Shown: positions 10,492 through 20,327, counted from the stretch's first letter. The stretch: 64,000 bases of DNA from Candidatus Poribacteria bacterium (GCA_965208675.1 OZ242351.1:3168001-3232000); one strand, 5' to 3'. Program-made: numbers and translations. The notes: a model not told the origin generated them from the sequence alone.

Positions 10492-10540
10492 GCCGCGGGG
10501 AAGTTTCCCCAGTGCCCTTGCACGCTAGCACCAGCGGTCA

Positions 10541-11572
10541 TCAATTGCCTCGTCTTAACTGTTTAAGCCACCCCCACGCCAACGGTCGTTTCTCAACCGG
10601 TGAAACGGAAAACGCTCGGACAAAATCAGGATCAAACCAAGCTGGAGAGCCGTGGATTACCCCGATGTCCGGCAACATCGGGTGTGCGACTAGCTCATCA
10701 TCTTTGTCTACCTCCGCGATAAAGATGGGACTGCGGCTGATGTAGACTACCTTTTTACTGTCAGGCGACCACGAAACCTCGCGGTCATCCCATTGTCCAA
10801 TAGCGTCTTTCCGAACCCCGGAAATCTGCCTGAGATTCTCGCCCTGGGGATCCATCACGAAGATATCGCCGTTTCCATTCCTTTGCGAGGACCAAACAAT
10901 CCACTTGCCGTCCGGTGACCACTTCGGTTGGATTTCCTTCCCGCGAGTGTTCGTCAGATTCCGCGGCTCATCTCCATTCGCTTCCATCGCCCAGATGTCA
11001 CCAAGCGATTTACCCCGCTTGGTAGCAAACGCTATCTGCCGGCCGTCCGGTGACCAGGTGGGTTGAGTGTCCGGGGCGGGGTCGTTTGTGAGGTTTTCCA
11101 AAACCTTACCCACTAGATTCATCACCTGGATTTCAAGGTTTCCATCCCTGTCGGACGCGAACGCAAGCCGCTTGCCGCTAGGGTGCCACGTCGGCCAGCT
11201 ATCTTCCCCCTCATGGTCAGTTAGTCTTTTGAGTTTTTCGCCGTCGCCGTCCATCACGTAGACATCCACATTCTTTCCCACTTGGGTGTGGAACGCAATC
11301 TGGCTGCCGTCCGGCGACCACTCCATCCCCCAAGACAGCGGAGCGCCTTCGATTTTCAGAATTGAGCGCGGGTCGCCGCCATCGGGGTCTATATACCATA
11401 TTGCATTATTGCCTCCTGAATCGCTGGAGACTGCGATGGTCGGTTTTTCAGGTGCCTGCGCTTCGGTACCCGCCGCGAGCACGGCGTGAATCAACAACAG
11501 TATGCTGAAGTACACAGTCGGCATTGACGCTTCTCGGGACAGCATTTTTATCACCTCATTACAGATTTTCAA
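10541..11572 (-). CDS. Secreted TolB-like PD40 beta-propeller, paralog 8 (first gene of the array)
   Basis: PD40 repeats, C-terminal VSPVEKRPLAWGWLK. Confidence 0.85.
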   Translation of the reverse strand: MKICNEVIKMLSREASMPTVYFSILLLIHAVLAAGTEAQAPEKPTIAVSSDSGGNNAIWYIDPDGGDPRSILKIEGAPLSWGMEWSPDGSQIAFHTQVGKNVDVYVMDGDGEKLKRLTDHEGEDSWPTWHPSGKRLAFASDRDGNLEIQVMNLVGKVLENLTNDPAPDTQPTWSPDGRQIAFATKRGKSLGDIWAMEANGDEPRNLTNTRGKEIQPKWSPDGKWIVWSSQRNGNGDIFVMDPQGENLRQISGVRKDAIGQWDDREVSWSPDSKKVVYISRSPIFIAEVDKDDELVAHPMLPDIGVIHGSPAWFDPDFVRAFSVSPVEKRPLAWGWLKQLRRGN

Positions 11573-11705
11573 TACGCGGCTTTTAATTTCCTAGCCTTTG
11601 ACCTTACCGGTTGTGGACATTCGGCCTCTTGAGTTCAATTTGTCAGCAGAAATGTTGTCAGGTTTGGCGCTGCACGCGCCTACTCAAGACTCAAAGTGAG
11701 CGCCC

Positions 11706-12146
11706 CTAGCTCACCTCGTTATCATCCACCACACAACCAATTACCGCCGCCACCAGCGGTTCATCACCTATCGCGGTGATGTCGTGTTCGACCTTCGCCG
11801 GCATGTATGCGGAACTGCCCGGCCCCACAATCTTTTTCTCATCACCCACAGTAATTTCCGCCTTGCCCGCGAAAACGTAATAGCACTGTTCCCATTTGGG
11901 ATGGTGGTGACTGCCGTGTGTCTTGCCCGGCGGCCATGTATGAATGCCAATCATCAATCGATTTGTCGAAAGCTGATTCAATTCCTGCCCGTATAATTCA
12001 TCAGGCCCCGCGATAATTACCGAATACCCCGCCTCTTCATGAGCAATCCCCGGGACCGTGTCATCGCCAAATCCCGTGAAAGTGCCTTTTGAATCCTCTG
12101 GAGTGCGAATGTATTTCATCTTGATTCTCCCCCTTGTATACAGCAA
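11706..12146 (-). CDS. Cupin domain protein
   Basis: HxHxxxEQxYYVxxG...G.S.Y.P..VEH cupin metal-binding motifs; start probably at MKYIR. Confidence 0.85.
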   Translation of the reverse strand: MLYTRGRIKMKYIRTPEDSKGTFTGFGDDTVPGIAHEEAGYSVIIAGPDELYGQELNQLSTNRLMIGIHTWPPGKTHGSHHHPKWEQCYYVFAGKAEITVGDEKKIVGPGSSAYMPAKVEHDITAIGDEPLVAAVIGCVVDDNEVS

Positions 12147-12378
12147 AATCCATCACCACAACCAACCCACTGTAGAAGCAATCTCCGAATCGAGACAGCT
12201 CCGCTCATAAAAACCTCGCAGCCGCCGCTCGGCACTTGGAAATGTCAAGCATACAATTTAAACGAATCAACCGTGTAAATAACAAGGGATCAAGCGAACG
12301 AATAGTGAGTGCGATAGATTTCCACAACCTTAACTGCCAGTAATTACTATCACGCTCACCATCCATTCGTTTAATTGG

Positions 12379-14379
12379 TTAATCCCGGTTCTGTTCCTGT
12401 CGTGCCTTTTGAATCGCTTTAAGACCCTCTTGATAGGTTCGGTTTTCCGGCTGCAAGGAGAGCGCTTGTTGAATGGCGTCCTCCGCATTCGCATAGTCGT
12501 CGTTCCGGTAATGCAACCACGACAGCGTATTTAAATAACGGGCTGAATCCGGTTGAAGTTCGATAGCCTTTTCCGCAAGTGCTAACGCCTTTTCGAGGTG
12601 CGCGTCCCGGGACCCGTATAAATGCGCCAACCGTTCATATGCAGGGTCAAAAGCAGGGTTCAGTTCAATCGCACGCTGATATGCCTGTTCTGCCAAGCCA
12701 ACCCGGTTCTGCCCTGAATGGACTAGACCGAGGTAATAGTGCGCCTCAAACATGTCCGGTTGCAGCGCTACCGCAGTATTCAGGCGTTCCGCCGCCGCAT
12801 CAATCTGATTTTGACTCAAAAAAATTCTACCGAGGAAATAGTGCGCCTCAATCATTTCCGGCTGTAACCTCACCGCGGCCTCGAAGCTGTTCACCGCTGC
12901 ATCAAATTGACTCTTATCCAGCGCGATGAGACCTAGTCTATAGTATGGCTCCGCGAGACTTGGGTCTTGCTTGATAACTTCCCGGTAATGACCTGCAGCG
13001 AGCTGAAAATCCCCCTGTTTAAAATAAGCATGCGCCAGTCTTAAGCGAATCTGTAATCGATCTGGTTCAAGAGTCAGAAGTTTTTCGTAAGCCGCTTGAG
13101 ACTCTTCGAATAGTTCAAGTTGAAATGCGATACTACCAATATTCAGCCACGTCTGCGGGCTGTCCGGCTTCAACCCGGCCGCCTTGCGATAGGAAGAAAT
13201 CGCCTTTTCATAGTCTTCCCGCCGGTCTGAGCTTTGCGCCTTTTTTAGCCAAACCAGCCCCAACCCACTGTGCACGGAAGCCATATCGGGCTTCAACTCG
13301 ACCGCGCGCTGCTGCGCCTTAAGCGCCTCTTCCAGTTGTCCTCGGGTAGAATAGATATAACCTAGCCCGTTATGCACTGCTGCGATATCCGGATCGTGCC
13401 AAAGTGCTTGTTCAAATTGCTGCAGCGCCGCATCGAGTTTTTTTTCGTGAATGTATTTCCAGCCCAGATTCGACAACGCGGCGGCTTTTTCCCTCCCTTG
13501 AGATGCACGCAGAACCGCGAGTTCATCTACCTGATCGTCCCGCAATTGCCGGAACTTCTTCATCTCCGCTTCTGCTTCCGCTTTTTTGCCCTGCTTAAAA
13601 TGCAGCAGCGCAAGCCGGTAGTATGCGCTAGTCAATTGAGAGTCAAGACGAATTGCCTCCTGAAACGCACGCTCCGCTTCACTGCCCTCCTCCTTCCGGA
13701 TGTGGACCAGTCCAAGCCGGAAATGCGCTTCCGCCAAAGAAGGTTCCAAGCGAATCGATTGCCGGTAGTATGCAGCCGCCTGATCAACCCGCCCATACTC
13801 AAATGCGACTCGGCCTAGAAAGTAACTCACCATGCCCGCGGTCAGCGGACTCATCCGAGATTGCCGCTGGATAACTGAGGACGGTTCAAGCCGATAGTTT
13901 CGAGATTTCGACGTCGTCATCAGGTTAAACGCCTTTTTCCATGCGGTTTCCGCTTCATCATATTCGTGCTGCCGAAACCAAGCCATCCCCAACTGTGCAT
14001 AGGCTTGAGCCCAATCAGGAAAGTACCGAATGGCTTGTTCAAATACATCTATGGCTTTTTCGTAGTGCCGCTGCCGCAAATGGGTTCCCCCCAAGCAGTA
14101 GTAAGCAGCCGTGTCATTCGGATCCAATCGCAGCGCGCCTTTGAACGTTTCTGCCGCTTCGTCCATAGCGCCCAACGACACATACGCTAGGCCCAGGTTC
14201 AGGTGGGCATCAATAGATCCTGGATTCGCATCGCGTATTTGCTGATATTGAGCAACTGCCTTGTCAAAACGAGATTTACCCTGGGCTGCCGCCATCTTGC
14301 CAAAATTCAGCAAGATAACTGTAAAAAAAGCGCCGATGATGAAATAGGTACAATTTCTTGAAGGCGAGTGATAATTCAA
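12379..14379 (-). CDS. Secreted multi-TPR repeat protein
   Basis: Signal-like N-terminus followed by many tandem TPRs over 666 aa. Confidence 0.88.
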   Translation of the reverse strand: MNYHSPSRNCTYFIIGAFFTVILLNFGKMAAAQGKSRFDKAVAQYQQIRDANPGSIDAHLNLGLAYVSLGAMDEAAETFKGALRLDPNDTAAYYCLGGTHLRQRHYEKAIDVFEQAIRYFPDWAQAYAQLGMAWFRQHEYDEAETAWKKAFNLMTTSKSRNYRLEPSSVIQRQSRMSPLTAGMVSYFLGRVAFEYGRVDQAAAYYRQSIRLEPSLAEAHFRLGLVHIRKEEGSEAERAFQEAIRLDSQLTSAYYRLALLHFKQGKKAEAEAEMKKFRQLRDDQVDELAVLRASQGREKAAALSNLGWKYIHEKKLDAALQQFEQALWHDPDIAAVHNGLGYIYSTRGQLEEALKAQQRAVELKPDMASVHSGLGLVWLKKAQSSDRREDYEKAISSYRKAAGLKPDSPQTWLNIGSIAFQLELFEESQAAYEKLLTLEPDRLQIRLRLAHAYFKQGDFQLAAGHYREVIKQDPSLAEPYYRLGLIALDKSQFDAAVNSFEAAVRLQPEMIEAHYFLGRIFLSQNQIDAAAERLNTAVALQPDMFEAHYYLGLVHSGQNRVGLAEQAYQRAIELNPAFDPAYERLAHLYGSRDAHLEKALALAEKAIELQPDSARYLNTLSWLHYRNDDYANAEDAIQQALSLQPENRTYQEGLKAIQKARQEQNRD

Positions 14380-14540
14380 GGCCGTCCCTCAACTCCGCAC
14401 CTGAACACGGTGCACGTTTCGCATCTCAGAGTGGCAAAAAACACCCCTCCAAATCCATGTGCGCTTGAACGCATTGCACTATCCGTTTCTTATTCTCTAG
14501 CAACGCTTATCCGGGGTAATATTGAGGTGCTAAACTATGC

Positions 14541-15383
14541 CTATCCGGTTGACGCGGGAACTTGTCTATGAAATCCTTTGGGTTTCCACATGATTGGATA
14601 ACCCGGCGGCCAACCTTCGCCGCCCAAAACCGCTTTGAATTCATCAGTTAATCCGCAGAGCCAGTAAAACATCTCCGCAGCGTCATACCAATCGCGAAAC
14701 TGCTGCCGAAAGTTGGGACCGTCTAGACTGTATATAGGGGTGTGATCGTGCCCGAAGTCAAAGTCGGGTTCGATAATCCAATCCCGCTGCGGCGGCGTCG
14801 TTCGCCAGTAGCAGTATTTCAGCATATTACGAATACCGCTTGCTGTGGACGCCGAACGGCGATGCCATATCGAATAAACCGTGAGAAAAATCGATCCTGC
14901 GGGCGCGGCGGTTTTAACCCTGCCTTGAATCCCCCCGTAGTGCGACATCCAACTCTGTAAGCAAAAGAAAAAATGGGAACCCGGCACCACTTCCGTGGGT
15001 CCCATCTCCACCGGTGCATCCTGCGGGTAATAGAATACCTGCAAATGATTCAGTTCCGGCGCATAACGTGAGCCGCCGTCGCGGTGCCAATTCTGATTTG
15101 GAGCCGGGCATTCCATTCGATGGTTAGCCATCCCCTTGGGTAGCGCAAAGTTCTTGCCCAGCAATGAACGCACCGCACCCGCTGCCTGGTGATTGAGCAG
15201 CACCTCGTCCACAAACCACTCCTCCTGCAGAAGGGGGCCGTGGCCATGGTTTTCAATGAATTCAAACGTTTTCCGGTTAATCTCATCTGGAACAACGGCC
15301 TCCAACATTACATAGCCGTTCTTGCAGAATTCCAATACCTGCGTATCGGTCAAGGTTGGTTCACAGTCGTTCGTACTTTTCAA
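14541..15383 (-). CDS. Phytanoyl-CoA dioxygenase (PhyH) family Fe(II)/2OG oxygenase
   Basis: WHRD (HxD), GPTEVVPGSH and IWHR motifs; GGAGG SD before the TTG start. Confidence 0.85.
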   Translation of the reverse strand: MKSTNDCEPTLTDTQVLEFCKNGYVMLEAVVPDEINRKTFEFIENHGHGPLLQEEWFVDEVLLNHQAAGAVRSLLGKNFALPKGMANHRMECPAPNQNWHRDGGSRYAPELNHLQVFYYPQDAPVEMGPTEVVPGSHFFFCLQSWMSHYGGIQGRVKTAAPAGSIFLTVYSIWHRRSASTASGIRNMLKYCYWRTTPPQRDWIIEPDFDFGHDHTPIYSLDGPNFRQQFRDWYDAAEMFYWLCGLTDEFKAVLGGEGWPPGYPIMWKPKGFHRQVPASTG

Positions 15384-15404
15384 AGTAAGCCTCCTCCAAA
15401 CAAA

Positions 15405-15433
15405 ATTTTACACGAATTTCAGCTTTTTGTCAA
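15405..15433 (-). promoter_or_regulatory. Sigma70-type promoter for the PhyH gene
   Basis: Minus strand TTGACA-N17-TAAAAT just upstream of the SD. Confidence 0.7.
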
Positions 15434-15811
15434 GATCAGCAAACTACATCAATACACTGAAGGATTTTTTTTGAAATTTCTAGCGGCATACACTTCAATT
15501 GCCATGGCATCTAAAATGATAAAATTCCCTTATCGGTTTGAGGGAGAGGCTTCCTAGCCTCGATTCTTAATCACTTCTCGTGTAAATATCCACCCAGAAG
15601 ATTCCAATTCAGCACTAACTCCGAATTTTGCTCAGAATGGCAAAACCGAATTTCTATTGCAATAGGAAGCCGTTCCACGTATAATATTTCGCTTAAAGAC
15701 TGTAGGAGCGATCTCCGAATCGCGACTTCTTCATTCGCAAGAACTACGTCCAAATCGCAGCATCTTAATACCTAGAAACTTTCCCCGAACCGCGGCATTT
15801 ATTTTAAACTC

Positions 15812-17572
15812 ATGCAAATCTCGCTCCAATGTTTTCCCTCCCAAATGCCAGCCAATAACCGCAGTTGGTTCACAAAACTCGGCACACGCGTTCAATTCAA
15901 CGACTACAGCTTCTTGTTCACAATCTATTGCTTAACGTTTTTTCTTGCCAGCACATTCGCCACGGCGGATGCCGACGTTCAATTCGTCGATGTTACGCAA
16001 TCTGCAGGCATCCATTTTACCCATGTCGATGGGCGAAGCGGACAAAAATTTTTCATGGAAACCATTGGTTCCGGCGCTGCATTTTTTGACTATGACAATG
16101 ATGGATACCCGGACCTGTATTTCGTAAACGGCGCCCCTTTACCGGGATATCAGAGCACAGAAGCGCCAATCAACCAACTCTACCGAAACAACGGAGATGG
16201 AACCTTTACTGATGTAACCGAAAAGGCAGGCGTAGGCGACACCGGCTACGGGCACGGTTGCGCTGTCGGCGATTACAATGGTGACGGTTATCCCGACCTC
16301 TACGTTACAAACTACGGCGAAAATGTCCTCTTTCGAAACAACGGCGATGGTACTTTCACCGACGTAACAGAGGACGCCCGTGTGGGAGAACCGAAATGGA
16401 GCAGCAGTTGTGCATTCGCCGACTATGACCGCGATGGCGACCTCGACCTCTATGTTGTCAATTATATCGAGTTTAGTATTGAAAACAACCCATGGTGCGG
16501 TCGAAAGGATAAGGGAATCAGGGGCTACTGCCAACCTGACGATTTTCCAGGGCTGCCCGATACACTCTATCAGAATAATGGCGATGGCACATTCACCGAT
16601 GTAACCCGGAATTCTGAAATTTACAATCCGGTCGGGAAAGGCTTGGGGGTGGTGTGGGGCGATTACGACAATGATGGGTATCCGGACATCTACATCGCCA
16701 ATGACTCCACAGAGAACTTCTTATTCAAGAACAAAGGGAACGGCAAATTTGAAGAAGTCGGCTTCTTCATCGGCGTCGCGTTCAGCGACATTGGTGTCGC
16801 CGAGAACGGTATGGGCACAGCTTTTGGCGACTGGGACAACGACGGGTGGCTGGATTTGACTGTCACAAACTACGCAGATCAGGCAAACACGCTCTATCGT
16901 AATGACCAAGCTAGCTTTTTCACCGACGTGTCGTCCGCGTCGAAAACGGCGATCGTTAGCTATCCGTACCTCGGTTGGGCGACAGAATTTATCGACCACG
17001 ACAATGATGGTTACTTAGACCTGTTTGTCGCCAACGGGCACCTCCACGATAATCTCGAAGAGATGGGACAAGACGGCACCTATGTGCAGCGAAACTTCAT
17101 GTTCCGAAATAATCGCGACGGCACTTTCGTTGAAATCTCCAACCAACTAGGTCCCGGCATGCGGCTGGAGGATGTCAGTCGCGGCGCGGCGTTTGCCGAC
17201 TACGATTTGGACGGAGACATTGATATTCTGGTAACCAACTCCAACAGCCGCCCCCGCCTCTTGCGCAATGACGGGGCAAACAAGAACAATTGGTTGGCTG
17301 TCAAGTTAATTGGAACAAATGGAGTCACAGACGCAATCGGTGCGCGTGTGACGCTCGATATGGGTGAATTTTCCCAAATGAAAGAGGTCCGTAGCGGTTC
17401 GGGTTATTTGTCGCAAAACGAACTTAAACTCTTGTTTGGTCTCGGTAAAGCCGCCACTGTCTCGCACATAGAAGTCCAATGGCCAAACGGAGAAAAGCAA
17501 CACCTAAAAAACATCGGCGCGAACCAGTGTATCATTATTACCCAAGGCTGCGGCTGGAAACGAAAAAGATAA
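15812..17572 (+). CDS. CRTAC1/ASPIC-UnbV family FG-GAP repeat protein
   Basis: Many DYDNDGxxDL FG-GAP repeats, NNGDGTFTDVT, and a C-terminal ASPIC/UnbV domain (AIGARV...GSGYLSQ...FGLG...WPNG). Confidence 0.92.
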   Translation: MQISLQCFPSQMPANNRSWFTKLGTRVQFNDYSFLFTIYCLTFFLASTFATADADVQFVDVTQSAGIHFTHVDGRSGQKFFMETIGSGAAFFDYDNDGYPDLYFVNGAPLPGYQSTEAPINQLYRNNGDGTFTDVTEKAGVGDTGYGHGCAVGDYNGDGYPDLYVTNYGENVLFRNNGDGTFTDVTEDARVGEPKWSSSCAFADYDRDGDLDLYVVNYIEFSIENNPWCGRKDKGIRGYCQPDDFPGLPDTLYQNNGDGTFTDVTRNSEIYNPVGKGLGVVWGDYDNDGYPDIYIANDSTENFLFKNKGNGKFEEVGFFIGVAFSDIGVAENGMGTAFGDWDNDGWLDLTVTNYADQANTLYRNDQASFFTDVSSASKTAIVSYPYLGWATEFIDHDNDGYLDLFVANGHLHDNLEEMGQDGTYVQRNFMFRNNRDGTFVEISNQLGPGMRLEDVSRGAAFADYDLDGDIDILVTNSNSRPRLLRNDGANKNNWLAVKLIGTNGVTDAIGARVTLDMGEFSQMKEVRSGSGYLSQNELKLLFGLGKAATVSHIEVQWPNGEKQHLKNIGANQCIIITQGCGWKRKR

Positions 17573-17635
17573 CTCATAGCTCAATCCAAATCTATCTTAT
17601 CTCCCGTAGCCAGCATTCCAGAGCGTAAACCCCCT

Positions 17636-17956
17636 TCATTCCGGCACATCGATTTCCATACTCAACAACAGAAACGAATACGACTTCCCGTGCATATCGA
17701 GCGCTAACGATTTGGTCACCCCGCCGCCCAAGCAATTTTCGAGTACAAAATTCAGCGCTGAAACGTTCGGCACTTCATAGCGTACAATCTCGCCGTGGCA
17801 AATGTCTTTGAACAATGCTCGAACCCGTTCCACCGTGACTTCACGGCACACAAGGTCATAATCTTCCTCCCGGTACGGGATGACCGACAGATTCACCGCA
17901 TCTCCCTTATCGCCCGATCGGCTGTGCGCTATTTCACGTAGTTGGACTCTTTTCAT
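17636..17956 (-). CDS. AtuA-related small protein (C-terminal-like domain of acyclic terpene utilisation AtuA)
   Basis: L..IAHSRSGDKGD...ALNFVL...LGGGVT.SL..D.HGKS signature. Confidence 0.8.
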   Translation of the reverse strand: MKRVQLREIAHSRSGDKGDAVNLSVIPYREEDYDLVCREVTVERVRALFKDICHGEIVRYEVPNVSALNFVLENCLGGGVTKSLALDMHGKSYSFLLLSMEIDVPE

Positions 17957-18094
17957 CCGCCGCCTCTATATTCAATTCCATTCATATTTACACATGTTTC
18001 GGCAGGTAAGGTTGGAAACCGAACCTACCGCAGTGTATAGGTAATTATTGGTTTTACTTTATTATTGGGAATTAATACCTTCCCCGGACAATCC

Positions 18095-19678
18095 TTACTT
18101 CAAACCGTTTGGATTAATCGGATCTGCGGGTCGCCCATTCACCAATAGACGTACCGCAAGCCCAAACGTATGCGTGAACAGACGCCCTTTTTCTTGAAGA
18201 TGCCAGTTTTCCAAAAGGCATGCGTCGAGAGATTGCGCATCAATCTCAATGGCAGCCTCGCGGATATTGACTTTCACGCCCTGAACAACCGATTTGTGTT
18301 GATGGTCTAGTGCATCCGCAATCCGCAAAATGGCAGCCAGCTTCTTTACCCGTCCCTTGTCAGCACACGAAAGCGCCTGAAAATGAGCGTGTTTCTGTTC
18401 GTTGGGGAACGCTTTGCGATGATAACGCGCGATATTGGCGATGAGTTCAAGTTGCTGTGGGTGAAGCCCAACAACCTCCGAATTTGATATCAAGTAATAC
18501 GAGTGTTTATGGTGGGTGCTTGAGTTGATATATCCGCCAATTTCATGCAGTGTCGCAGCTACACGTAGAAGCATTCGAGATTCCCGTGACAACTGATGCA
18601 GAGGTTGCAACTGATCAAATAGTAACTCCGCCAAATAACGCACCTGTTGTGCATGCCCCACATGAAACTGGTACTTGTGCCCAAGTGCTGTCGCCGCTTT
18701 CAAGATTTCCCCTTCTTCCAATGTCGTGTCCCACGAATTTCGGAAGCGGTCGACCATCTCTGCAAGCACGCCATCCTTGAGCCCGACATTCGCGGCATAG
18801 AGCCCACGTGCACCTACAACATTACTCAGAACTTCGGTGAGCACTAGGCTTGCCGGCAGAATGACATCCGCCCGATCTGCGCGCATGTCGTACCGCTTTA
18901 TACGTTCACCCACACTCTGTTTGGAAATTTCTTTGACGAAACGCCGAAAATCACGCAATGGAATAAAACGGATATCTTCCGGAAAACCGTTCCCTTCCAT
19001 TTCAGCCAACCCGATTTGTCTGCCAATCTCTTCAACATTGCCGCCGGTGCCCAGCACCAAATCAATTTTGTAAGTGTTGATTGCATCCAACGTCGTTTCA
19101 AGCAGTTGCTCCATGTAAGCCTTTAGCAGTAATACCTGCAGGTCAGAGATGGAATCAGTTCGCAAAAAGGTCTCGCACAACCGCACCGTTCCTAGACGCA
19201 GGCTGTTAGAATAGACAATCGAACCGTGGTCGATGACATCGAACTCAACACTCCCGCCTCCAATGTCGATGACCAGAGCAATTTTGTCGCGCAAATTGAT
19301 TTTACGGGTTACCGCGATTTGCACGAGGCGGGCTTCCTCACCGCCGGAAATTCGCTCCAATTGGATGCCCGAACTACTGTAAATCCGTTTTACAAAATTA
19401 TCGCCGTTGATAGCTTCACGCGCCGCGCTAGTCGCAATGGCGCGGGTGGAATGGACTTTCGACCGCTTGAGGGCATCTCGGAATTCTCCAAACGCCTCAA
19501 TCGCTTTCTGGATTGCCTCTTCCGCTAAAAAACCCGTCAAGAAAACTTCATGCCCTAAACGCACAGGGGCGCGGCATTGGTAAATCGGTGCAACGGATCC
19601 ATCTCCCCGCACTTGTACAATTTTCAGCCGCATTGCGTTGGATCCAACGTCAATGGCGGCAAACGATGCACTTTCCAT
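18095..19678 (-). CDS. ppx: Exopolyphosphatase / pppGpp phosphohydrolase (Ppx/GppA) with HD-like C-terminal domain
   Basis: AAIDVGSN, ATSAAREA, DIGGGSVE, RADVI, LHEIG...HHKHS, ARYHR, RIADALD. Confidence 0.9.
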   Translation of the reverse strand: MESASFAAIDVGSNAMRLKIVQVRGDGSVAPIYQCRAPVRLGHEVFLTGFLAEEAIQKAIEAFGEFRDALKRSKVHSTRAIATSAAREAINGDNFVKRIYSSSGIQLERISGGEEARLVQIAVTRKINLRDKIALVIDIGGGSVEFDVIDHGSIVYSNSLRLGTVRLCETFLRTDSISDLQVLLLKAYMEQLLETTLDAINTYKIDLVLGTGGNVEEIGRQIGLAEMEGNGFPEDIRFIPLRDFRRFVKEISKQSVGERIKRYDMRADRADVILPASLVLTEVLSNVVGARGLYAANVGLKDGVLAEMVDRFRNSWDTTLEEGEILKAATALGHKYQFHVGHAQQVRYLAELLFDQLQPLHQLSRESRMLLRVAATLHEIGGYINSSTHHKHSYYLISNSEVVGLHPQQLELIANIARYHRKAFPNEQKHAHFQALSCADKGRVKKLAAILRIADALDHQHKSVVQGVKVNIREAAIEIDAQSLDACLLENWHLQEKGRLFTHTFGLAVRLLVNGRPADPINPNGLK

Positions 19679-19763
19679 TTTTTTCCCTCAACTCCCAACA
19701 AATTTACACGCCGTGAGTTTAGCATATCCCACTCGCCAGGTCAATTCAATCGCACGCTCACTT

Positions 19764-19794
19764 GAAACCGAGTTTCTCTTTAAAACTCGGTTTC
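19764..19794. repeat. Palindromic repeat GAAACCGAGTTT-N-AAAACTCGGTTTC
   Basis: Hairpin with further copies at ~20220-20247, 46967-47000 and 47874-47905. Confidence 0.8.
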
Positions 19795-19827
19795 TTAAAC
19801 GCAGCAAAAACCTGCAATTTAGCTCCT

Positions 19828-20118
19828 GTAGGTTGGGTTGATCGGATTTCACTAATGATGCACAATTTTACCTTTCGCTCCGGTAGCCTAACGCCGTCCA
19901 AGATTGAATGTGCAGAGCGTAACCCAACGCTTTTCGTCTTGCCGCACCGCCACCGATAACCTGAACGCCTCGCAAATAAGACAAGACTATCGCCTTCCCT
20001 ATTCGGTCAGTTGATCGTTGGGTTCGCTACACCTTATCAAAATTTAAAACGCATTCTAACCTCGAAACGTACACAACGTATATACTTTCTTTCGTCATCA
20101 CCGCTTAACCCAACCTAC
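19828..20118. repeat. GTAG-type REP/BIME-like composite element
   Basis: Terminal inverted repeats GTAGGTTGGGTT...AACCCAACCTAC, internal AACCCAACG / CGTTGGGTT, and the shared motif GACTATCGCCTTCCCTATTCGGTCAGTTGATCG. Confidence 0.75.
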
Positions 20119-20298
20119 AAGAACTGAATCATAGCCCATCATTCAATCACAAAAATCACAGTTCATACAGCTCCCATATCCCGCAGGATTAATCTCCGAA
20201 TCGCGACCTTTATTCGAATCCGAGTTTTTTTCTTCAAAACTCGGTACTTTAAACGGGCAATACATGGAAGCTACCTCGCCATTAATCCGCCAGACCGA

Positions 20299-20327
20299 TT
20301 GACATCAATCCAAAATTCGTGTAAAAT
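20299..20327 (+). promoter_or_regulatory. Sigma70-type promoter for the EutN/CcmL pair
   Basis: TTGACA-N17-TAAAAT, 45 bp upstream of the ATG. Confidence 0.75.

Noticed and set aside
1970-11572. Calling the paralogs tolB / a Tol-Pal locus
   Set aside because: There is no TolB N-terminal domain and no tolQRA or pal nearby; only the PD40 propeller is shared.
1970-11572. Diversity-generating retroelement or invertase shufflon acting on the array
   Set aside because: No reverse transcriptase, recombinase, or near-identical TR/VR pair with adenine-specific differences was seen; the paralogs are diverged throughout.
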